A stretch of 43,648 bases of DNA, taken from an uncultured Phycisphaeraceae bacterium (lineage in GTDB: Bacteria; Planctomycetota; Phycisphaerae; Phycisphaerales; Phycisphaeraceae). The position numbers and the translations under genes are program-made. The DNA lies in assembly GCA_964555075.1 (NCBI GenBank), contig CAZKRE010000003.1, positions 1 through 43,648 of the forward strand, in the 5' to 3' direction. This document shows, piece by piece, positions 36,868-43,648 of this stretch. The notes under the pieces were generated by a model. It searched no databases. It had not been told where the DNA came from and worked only from the letters and a program-made list of their open reading frames with translations. Every line of letters begins with the position of its first letter. Positions within the stretch are counted from its first letter, which is position 1.

Positions 36868-37007
36868 GAAGGGATCACGCCGCTTGCAAAGCAGCGACCT
36901 CGGCCGCGCCGGCTCGAGTCTGAGCGACGCCATGAACCGGGCGTGAACCCGCGGCCGCTGGTTGCGCTAATGCCGCGACGTCGTCGCGGGGAGTGTCTGG
37001 CCGGGCT

Positions 37008-39428
37008 CTACGGGTGGACGCGATAGTTGGCCGGCGGCTGCCCCGTGACCAGGTAGCCGACGATGCCGACGCCTGACCACAGCAGGGCCGCCAGCAGTTC
37101 CCCCGCGATCAGCCCCACCATCAGGGGCAGGATGGTCTTGTACGCCCGCCCACCGCCCCAGCGGACGACGGCCAGCTTGATCGCCCAGCCAATCAGGAAA
37201 GAGGCCCCCAGCCGTGCCGACGGCATCGTGCCCCAGATCAGGAAGAGCACGGGGTGGATCGGCCACCACGGCAGTTGCAGGCGTGCGACCGTGCAGATGA
37301 GCAGGAGCGCCGCGCCGGCGCCGATCCAGGCCAGCAGGTCACCCGACAACCGGACCTGGCTCAGCGAAGTCAGCCCGTCGTTGGCGGTCGAGGTCGCGAG
37401 CGTGCCCCGCGCCCGCATCTCCGTGAGGTTCTGCGACAGCTCATTGAAGGGCAGGGACGGCAGCTTCCGCAGCGACCAGTCGTCCACGATGAGCATGCTG
37501 TAGTCGTGCATGATGAGCATCGTCGCCAGCCCCGCCACCACGCCGCCGACCACGACCATCGCGAGCAGCGCCCCCGCCAGGCGCACCGAGGTCGAAGCGG
37601 GCGAGCGTTCCACGATCTGCAGGCCCGTGTTCAGGTACGGCATTAGCGCCGTGCGAGGATCGCCGACGATGATGGTGCAGGCCAGCGCCAAGAGGATGTA
37701 ACTCGTGGGTCCGATCGCGTCGATGCCGAAGACCGCCGTCAGCACCGCCACCGGCATCCACCACGGTTGCACGAAGAAGAGCCCGGTCTCCGCGACGATC
37801 CGGGACAGCACGAGGAACATCGCCAGGACCAGCATCACAAAGATGCCGCCCAGCACCCAGTCCAGCCCGGCGCTCCGCAGCAGCACCGCCGCCGCCACGA
37901 TGCTGAGCACGAGCAGCCGCCCCGCCCAGACGGCGTAGGCCGGGGTGTCCGGGTCCGGCCGGCCCAGCCCCAGCGCCCGCAGTCCCACCCGCGCGTAGAA
38001 GTGCCGGCCGAAGTAAACGATCAGCAGCGTCATCGCGGCGTACGCGCCGAACCGCATGAGGTTGACGGGGCTCGTGCCCAGGTAGTCGATCTGCACCGGG
38101 ACCCCCCGCGAGATCAACACGGTGGCGAACGCCATGTAGACGAAGTAGGCGATCCCCACCGAGAAGGAGATGTTCGCGTTCAGGAAGAAGGCAAACCCGA
38201 TCACGCTCAGGTAGAGCCTCGGGAAGAAGACCTCGCTGCTGTTGTGCACGCTGGCGGCGGTGGGGAATAACACCCGCAGCGGCAGGAAGTCCAGGCGCGT
38301 GGAGATCTTCATCGCTTCCAGCGCCGGGAACCACGTCCCCAACCCGTTGATCAGGTGGAGGCCGCCCGCCAGCGCCAGCCCGAGCCAGAACAGGTTATTG
38401 AACGCGATGTCGGGCAGCCACCGGTTCTTCCGGTGCTGACCCAACTCCGTCACGAACTGCGCCAGCGGGTAGATGAGCAGCTCCCGCTTCGACCACTGCG
38501 GATGCACGATCAGCGCCAGGCAGAGCGACGCCACGCTCAGCGCCATGCCCAGCCCCACCCACAGCACCAGCGTCGGTCGCCACACCGACCAGTCAATCTG
38601 CTTCCACGTCGGCCCGCGCGCCGGGTCCACGCCCTGCATCAGCACCTCGGACGCCTCCCGCGCCGCCGCGCTCCCCGCGATCAGCGCCCCCCGCCCCTCC
38701 GGGGCCGGCAGGATCGCCCCGTCGAAGCCCGCAACCAGCAGGCGCCGATTCAGCGCTTCCCTCTCCTCGGCACTCGCCGTCCCCGCCGCGCGACGCTTGA
38801 GCAGCCGCGTCTCCTCCGCGGACAGTTCCAGCGTCGTCGACGGCGGCGCCTCCAGCGACGCCTCTCGGATGACCCGGTTGAGCACCCGGACCAGCGCATC
38901 CGATTCCGCCGCGTCGCCCGCCCTGTTGAGGATCGTTCGCTGTTCCGGCTCTTGCGCTGAGCGCCAGACCTGCGCCGCGATCGAGTCCCCGCCCGCCTCG
39001 CCCTCCGAGATGAGCCGGTCGACGATGGCGTTCGGGTCCCGCAGGTGGCCGTGCGCCAGTTCTGCCGTCACGCCCGGGACGTAGGTCATCACCCCGGTCG
39101 CCCGCCACGCCGGCTCGATCTGCGACCACCGGTCGGGTGACGCGACGTTGGGCACGAACCCCCGGTAGAAGCCAAAACTGGGCCACCCGCACGCCGCCAG
39201 GGAGATCGCGGCGATCACCGCCACCTCGCCGGAGCCCAACGACGTCCGGGCGACCAGCCGCAACAGCGGGTTGAGCACCAGCAGGAGCGCCACGATCGTG
39301 CCGAACACGACGATCGGCAGGTGGTTCCCGACGAACCAACTCCCCTTCATCACCGCGTCGTTGAACAGCGTAAAGGCGGAGATCAACAGGCCCAGGCCCA
39401 GCCCGATGGAGACGGCACGCAAGCTCAT
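37008..39428 (-). CDS. Large polytopic membrane protein (806 aa, at least 14 predicted TM helices in two blocks separated by a soluble region of about 170 aa). Unknown function.
   Basis: Hydrophobicity pattern of the translation. GGAGA lies 9 nt before the ATG at 39428. No family recognised. Confidence 0.55.
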   Translation of the reverse strand: MSLRAVSIGLGLGLLISAFTLFNDAVMKGSWFVGNHLPIVVFGTIVALLLVLNPLLRLVARTSLGSGEVAVIAAISLAACGWPSFGFYRGFVPNVASPDRWSQIEPAWRATGVMTYVPGVTAELAHGHLRDPNAIVDRLISEGEAGGDSIAAQVWRSAQEPEQRTILNRAGDAAESDALVRVLNRVIREASLEAPPSTTLELSAEETRLLKRRAAGTASAEEREALNRRLLVAGFDGAILPAPEGRGALIAGSAAAREASEVLMQGVDPARGPTWKQIDWSVWRPTLVLWVGLGMALSVASLCLALIVHPQWSKRELLIYPLAQFVTELGQHRKNRWLPDIAFNNLFWLGLALAGGLHLINGLGTWFPALEAMKISTRLDFLPLRVLFPTAASVHNSSEVFFPRLYLSVIGFAFFLNANISFSVGIAYFVYMAFATVLISRGVPVQIDYLGTSPVNLMRFGAYAAMTLLIVYFGRHFYARVGLRALGLGRPDPDTPAYAVWAGRLLVLSIVAAAVLLRSAGLDWVLGGIFVMLVLAMFLVLSRIVAETGLFFVQPWWMPVAVLTAVFGIDAIGPTSYILLALACTIIVGDPRTALMPYLNTGLQIVERSPASTSVRLAGALLAMVVVGGVVAGLATMLIMHDYSMLIVDDWSLRKLPSLPFNELSQNLTEMRARGTLATSTANDGLTSLSQVRLSGDLLAWIGAGAALLLICTVARLQLPWWPIHPVLFLIWGTMPSARLGASFLIGWAIKLAVVRWGGGRAYKTILPLMVGLIAGELLAALLWSGVGIVGYLVTGQPPANYRVHP

Positions 39429-39535
39429 CGATCGACTTCTCCAAGCGTGGCCCGGCTCCCGCTCGAAGCACGAAGATGCCTCGAACGACCCGCGGGAGCT
39501 CCGCGAAAGCGGTTTCAGATGATCGGGATGCTACC

Positions 39536-39557
39536 ATCCGGCCGCCGGATATATCCT
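39536..39557. promoter_or_regulatory. Nested palindromes ATCCGGCCGCCGGAT / GGATATATCC in the divergent promoter region between the 806-aa membrane-protein gene and polA. Candidate operator.
   Basis: Read directly. GGATATATCC is a perfect 10-bp palindrome with an AT-rich centre in otherwise 70% GC DNA. Confidence 0.3.
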
Positions 39558-39684
39558 CGCCGTCACACGATCGGGTCCCGCTCTTCTCAGGGCGGATGCG
39601 TCCCCGCCATCAGCGCGTTTTGCCCCCCGCAGCCGGGGCCGCGGGCCCTTCCCCGGTTTTTCAACCGGCTGCCGGTGCGCTAGC

Positions 39685-42603
39685 ATGGGCCTTATGACCC
39701 AGGCGGCCACGTCGAATCCGGACCCCACCCCCAAGTCCCCGGCCGCGGAGACGCGCACGCTCTATCTCATCGACGGCCACGCCCAGATCTTCCGCTCCTA
39801 CTTCGCCATCCGCGGCGGCATGAATTCGCCCGTCACCGGCGAACCCACCAACGCCACCTTCGCCTTCGCCGCAATGCTCCTCAAGCTCTTCGGCAACCTC
39901 CGCCCCGACTACGTCGCCATGGCCATCGACTGCGGCGGCAGCGAAGTCCGCGAAGCCCTCTACCCCGACTACAAGGCCACCCGCACGCCTCCGCCGGACG
40001 ACTTCAAGCCCCAGGAGGAGCGCTGCTTCGAGCTCACGAAGCTCTTCGGCATCCCGATCCTCTGCAAGCCCGGCTGCGAGGCGGACGACATCGCCGCCAC
40101 CGTCGTCAAACGCCTCCTCCCCCAGCACCCCGACCTCACCATCAAGCTCGTGTCGAAGGACAAGGACCTCAAGCAGCTCCTCTCCGACCGCGTGCAGATG
40201 TACGACATCCACACCGACACGACCATCGACGTCGCGAAACTGCTGGAGGAAGACGGCATCACGCCCGACCAGGTCGTCGATGTGCTCACCCTCACCGGCG
40301 ACAACATCGACAACATCCCCGGCGTCGACGGCATCGGCCCCAAGACCGCCGCGAAGCTCGTGCAGGAGTTCGGCACCGTCGACAACCTCCTCGCCAACCT
40401 CGACAAGGTCAAGGGCAAGCGCCGCGAGAACATCGAGAAGGCCGCGCCCCACCTGCCCACCTCCAGGAAGCTCGTCCAGCTCATCGACGACGTCGACGTC
40501 CCCTTCTCGCTCGACGAAGCCGCCGTCTGCGGCAAGTGCGACGTCGCCGCGCTCAAACAGCTCTTCCGCCAGCTCGGCTTCCGCAAGCACATCACCGACC
40601 TGGAGACGATCTTCGGATCCGTCGATGGCGCCCCCGGAAGCGACACCGACTCCGAACAGCCGCTTGCGGCTTCGCGAAACCGTTCGACCAAACCCGAAGC
40701 CGGCGCCGGCGGCCTCTTCGGCGGCCACGACGAAGAACCCTCCTCCGCTCCCTCCGCCCTATCCGACCTCCAGACCGCCGCCGGCTGCGACTACACCACC
40801 ATCCAGACCCCCGAGCAGCTCGCCGATCTCGTCGCGACCCTCAAGCAGCAATCGATTTTCGCGCTCGACACCGAGACCTCCACCCTCGGCTGGCGGACCA
40901 CCCTCTGCGGCGTCTCCCTCTCCTGGTCCAGCAAGTGCGGCGTCTACGTCCCCGTCTGCTCCCCCCAGCAGTCCGAGCACCTCGACCGCGACACCGTCAT
41001 CGCCGCGCTCAAGGAAGTGCTCGAGGACGAATCCCTCAAGAAGTGCGGCCACAACATCAAGTACGACATGCTCGTCCTCGGCCACGCCGGCATCGCCCTC
41101 CGCGGCGTCGTCTTCGACTCCATGATCGGCGCCGCGCTCATGTCCCAGCCCGGCCACGGCCTCGACGCCCTCGCGATGTCCCTCCTCCAGCACCAGACCA
41201 TCCCCCTCTCCGACCTCATCGACGACAAGGGCCGCGATGGCAGACCCAAAACCGTCGACCAGGTCCCGCTCGACCGCATCGCCCGCTACGCCGCGGAGGA
41301 CGCCGACATCACCTTCCGCCTCTGCGAGTACATGCGGCCGCGGCTCGCGCAGATGGGCCTCGACAAGCTCTCCGATGAGATCGAAACCCCCCTCATCCGC
41401 GTCCTCGCCGACATGGAAACCGCCGGCATCCGCGTCGATCCCGATGAGCTCGAGCGCCAGCGGAAACGCCTCCAGGAACGCGCGGTGTCCCTCCGCTCCG
41501 AGATCATCGAACTCGCCGGCGTCATCTTCAACCCCGACTCGCCCAAGCAGCTCGCGGATGTCCTCTTCAACGAGCTCAAGCTGCCCATCATCAAGCGCAC
41601 CAAGACCGGCCCGTCCACCGACATCGAGGTCCTCCAGCGCCTCGCCGAACGGGAGACCTCCGACCCCCGCGAGACGAAGCTCCCCGAGCTCGTCATCGAG
41701 TACCGCGAACTCACCAAGCTCCTCGGCACCTACCTCGAGTCGCTCAAGCTCGCGATCCACCCCGACACGAAGCGGATCCACACCACCTACAACCAGGTCG
41801 CCGCCGCGACGGGCCGCCTCTCCTCCAACGACCCCAACCTCCAGAACATCCCGATCCGCACGGAATTAGGCCGGCAGATCCGCAAAGCCTTCGTCGCCCC
41901 CCCGGAACATTCGCTGGTGGTGGCGGACTATTCACAGATCGAGCTCCGCGTCCTCGCCCACCTCTCCGGCGATGAGCAACTGCGGCAGGCCTTCGCGGAG
42001 GACCGCGATGTCCACACCGCCGTCGCCGCACAGGTCTTCAACGTCCCCGAGTCCGAAGTCACCAAGCAGCAGCGCGGCTACGCGAAGACCATCAACTTCG
42101 GCATCATCTACGGCGTCACCGCGTTCGGCCTCGCCCGCCGCATCGAAGGCCTCTCCCAGGCCGACGCCAAGACCCTCATCACCGACTACAAGGCCCGCTT
42201 CTCCGGCATCAACCGCTTCCTCCAGGAGTGCATCCTCCAGGCCCAGGACCAGGGCTACGTCACGACGATCATGGGCCGCCGCCGCGCCATCCCGCAGATC
42301 GCCTCCAAGCGCCCCAACGAGCGCGCCCTCGGCGAACGCCTCGCGATCAACAGCGTCGTGCAGGGCAGCGCGGCCGACATGATCAAAATCGCCATGGTCC
42401 GCCTCCACGCCCGGATCGAGCGGGAAAACCTCCCCTTCCGGATCCTCCTCCAGATCCACGACGAACTCGTCTGCGAGTGCCCGAGTGAACACGCCCAGCG
42501 CGCGGGCGAGATCATGCGCGAAGAGATGGAAGGCGCGATGCAGCTCTCCGTCCCCCTCAAGGTCGATGTAGGTATCGGCCCCGACTGGTTCGCGGCGAAG
42601 TAG
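39685..42603 (+). CDS. polA: DNA polymerase I (5'-3' exonuclease, 3'-5' exonuclease and polymerase domains).
   Basis: 5'-nuclease motifs (LYLIDGHAQIFRSYFA), a 3'-5' exo region, and polymerase motifs A/B/C (DYSQIELR, RRRAKTINFGIIYG, QIHDELV). 972 aa. Confidence 0.95.
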   Translation: MGLMTQAATSNPDPTPKSPAAETRTLYLIDGHAQIFRSYFAIRGGMNSPVTGEPTNATFAFAAMLLKLFGNLRPDYVAMAIDCGGSEVREALYPDYKATRTPPPDDFKPQEERCFELTKLFGIPILCKPGCEADDIAATVVKRLLPQHPDLTIKLVSKDKDLKQLLSDRVQMYDIHTDTTIDVAKLLEEDGITPDQVVDVLTLTGDNIDNIPGVDGIGPKTAAKLVQEFGTVDNLLANLDKVKGKRRENIEKAAPHLPTSRKLVQLIDDVDVPFSLDEAAVCGKCDVAALKQLFRQLGFRKHITDLETIFGSVDGAPGSDTDSEQPLAASRNRSTKPEAGAGGLFGGHDEEPSSAPSALSDLQTAAGCDYTTIQTPEQLADLVATLKQQSIFALDTETSTLGWRTTLCGVSLSWSSKCGVYVPVCSPQQSEHLDRDTVIAALKEVLEDESLKKCGHNIKYDMLVLGHAGIALRGVVFDSMIGAALMSQPGHGLDALAMSLLQHQTIPLSDLIDDKGRDGRPKTVDQVPLDRIARYAAEDADITFRLCEYMRPRLAQMGLDKLSDEIETPLIRVLADMETAGIRVDPDELERQRKRLQERAVSLRSEIIELAGVIFNPDSPKQLADVLFNELKLPIIKRTKTGPSTDIEVLQRLAERETSDPRETKLPELVIEYRELTKLLGTYLESLKLAIHPDTKRIHTTYNQVAAATGRLSSNDPNLQNIPIRTELGRQIRKAFVAPPEHSLVVADYSQIELRVLAHLSGDEQLRQAFAEDRDVHTAVAAQVFNVPESEVTKQQRGYAKTINFGIIYGVTAFGLARRIEGLSQADAKTLITDYKARFSGINRFLQECILQAQDQGYVTTIMGRRRAIPQIASKRPNERALGERLAINSVVQGSAADMIKIAMVRLHARIERENLPFRILLQIHDELVCECPSEHAQRAGEIMREEMEGAMQLSVPLKVDVGIGPDWFAAK

Positions 42604-42615
42604 GCCGCCTTGACC

Positions 42616-42638
42616 CCCTCTCCCCCACGGGGAGAGGG
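42616..42638 (+). terminator. Strong GC hairpin immediately after polA (ccctctcccc cac ggggagaggg). Terminator-like or an RNA-stability element without a U-tract.
   Basis: 10-bp perfect stem and 3-nt loop, 13 nt after the TAG stop. Confidence 0.4.
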
Positions 42639-42780
42639 CCGGGGTGAGGGGCGAACGTCCCTGTGCGTCGATCACGCAACGCCGAGCCAACCACAGAGGC
42701 ACAGAGAGCGCAGCGGGCCGCAGAGGTGATAGGGTTGAGCTCCGGCTCCGGGGGCGTCAGCTGGAGCGAGAGGCAGCGGG

Positions 42781-43059
42781 TTGAACGAGCGTAAAAGCCC
42801 CGAGGATACGATGGCGTCGATGAAGTTCCTCTGGCGGCTTGCCTGGGCACTCGCAGCGACCGGCGTCGTGCTTCTCTGTCTTCACGCCTGCGTCGCCTAC
42901 CGTGTGATCTGGGTGTACGGGCCAAGGCCTGAGCTAGCCACATACAGCACGTTCGAACGAATCTTCTTCGGTATCACAATGATCTGGGGCTTGATCGGCG
43001 CTGCGATGACCTTTTATGGGATCACCCGTTCGAACCGCCGAGAACGCGCTAAGCAATAG
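42781..43059 (+). CDS. Small two-TM membrane protein (92 aa) in a locally lower-GC stretch. Hypothetical.
   Basis: ORF with two hydrophobic helices. The GC drop relative to flanks suggests foreign origin. The start could be an internal ATG (MASMKFLW). Confidence 0.4.
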   Translation: MNERKSPEDTMASMKFLWRLAWALAATGVVLLCLHACVAYRVIWVYGPRPELATYSTFERIFFGITMIWGLIGAAMTFYGITRSNRRERAKQ

Positions 43060-43077
43060 ATCTTCACAGGCCTTCAC

Positions 43078-43281
43078 TTACAACGGCAGCACCCGCACCC
43101 GCGACTTCTGCGCCTCCACCACCACCAGCGCCCGCGCCCGCAGTTCACCTTCGTACTGCGCCAGCGCCGCCGCGACGACCTCGCCCACGTCCATCCAATG
43201 CAACGCATCGTGGCCGCGCGACCGCAGCGCATCCGCCCACTCCGGCGACAGGTTCATGTCGATGATCAGGCTCAGGCTCAT
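43078..43281 (-). CDS. DUF5615-family (PIN-like, Mut7-C-related) putative toxin.
   Basis: Begins MSLSLIIDMNLSPEWADALRSRGHDALH, typical of DUF5615 (LIDENLSP...). It overlaps the upstream DUF433 gene by 4 nt (ATGA). Confidence 0.6.
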   Translation of the reverse strand: MSLSLIIDMNLSPEWADALRSRGHDALHWMDVGEVVAAALAQYEGELRARALVVVEAQKSRVRVLPL

Positions 43282-43505
43282 GGAGCCACCAGCGGCTCCT
43301 CCCGCTCCTCCAGCCGCCACGCCGCGTACGCCAGCGCCGCGTCGAGGTCCTCCGGCTCGAGGTACGGGTAGGCCTGCAGGATCCGCTCACGCGACTGCCC
43401 CGAGGCCAGCAGCCCCAGCACCGTCCCCACCGTCACCCGCAGCCCGCGGATGCAGGGCTTCCCGCCCATCACCGCCGGGTCGTGTGTGATCCGCTCGATC
43501 TGCAT
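43278..43505 (-). CDS. DUF433-domain protein (putative antitoxin / small DNA-binding partner of DUF5615).
   Basis: 75 aa with the conserved GGKPCIRGLRVTV...LLASG...ILQAYPYLEPEDLDAALAYAA pattern of DUF433. It sits immediately upstream of the DUF5615 gene with a 4-nt overlap. Confidence 0.6.
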   Translation of the reverse strand: MQIERITHDPAVMGGKPCIRGLRVTVGTVLGLLASGQSRERILQAYPYLEPEDLDAALAYAAWRLEEREEPLVAP

Positions 43506-43648
43506 GGCAGCATTCTACCCGCACCGTTCACGCGATCGCAGCAGCCTTTACGCCGCCAACCGCACTTCCCCCGGCCCCACCGCCATCCCCGGGCCCCACT
43601 GCAAATTCGTCCCCGCCGCCCGCGCGATCGGGCCCGCTTCGCCCCGTG

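Noticed and set aside
1-43648. CRISPR arrays, tRNA/rRNA genes, transposases/integrases and prophage genes.
   Set aside because: No direct-repeat/spacer periodicity and no T-psi-C-like GGTTCGAATCC motif. No recombinase or phage structural proteins were seen among the translations.

Overview
This is a 43.6 kb, very GC-rich (about 70%) chromosomal segment. Gene content and a characteristic N-terminal motif suggest a Planctomycetota/PVC-type bacterium; this is an inference from the sequence. I can support about 28 protein-coding genes. The many long reverse-strand ORFs in the six-frame track are GC artefacts.

Ordinary housekeeping and metabolic genes are: an S9 prolyl-oligopeptidase-type peptidase, an SDR reductase, an MFS transporter, an MDR quinone oxidoreductase, a ferredoxin-type sulfite/nitrite reductase, UDP-glucose 6-dehydrogenase, a PfkB sugar kinase, FolC, a CYTH protein, a beta-hydroxyacid dehydrogenase, SugE, an amidohydrolase, class II fructose-bisphosphate aldolase, a nitronate monooxygenase-like flavoenzyme and DNA polymerase I.

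Two clusters stand out.

Cluster 1 is a co-directional block: OmpA-like lipoprotein, then exosortase fused to an EpsI-like domain, then a 1361-aa membrane-anchored TPR protein, then a secreted cyclophilin/cadherin-like multidomain protein. The last protein carries an unusual N-terminal LEPLEPRLLLA motif. No PEP-CTERM-type substrate is visible in the window.

Cluster 2 is a tight minus-strand block yqiJ (NfeD-like) - yqiK (flotillin/SPFH), followed 70 nt downstream by a 1789-aa protein. That protein has a single, clearly MoxR-like AAA+ module (Walker A at residues 1295-1300, Walker B at 1360-1361, sensor AGNP...ANRA) and no transmembrane segment. I consider this flotillin + NfeD + giant AAA+ trio the best candidate for an undescribed membrane-microdomain-associated machine.

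The 3' end carries a small islet: a low-GC small membrane protein and a DUF433/DUF5615 toxin-antitoxin-like pair.

I also found several rho-independent terminators (two share the stem GAAGCCCACGC) and palindromic candidate operators. No tRNA, rRNA, CRISPR or transposase was detected.

Coordinates were derived from the ORF table by codon arithmetic and mostly re-checked against the text. Treat internal start choices as +/- a few codons.
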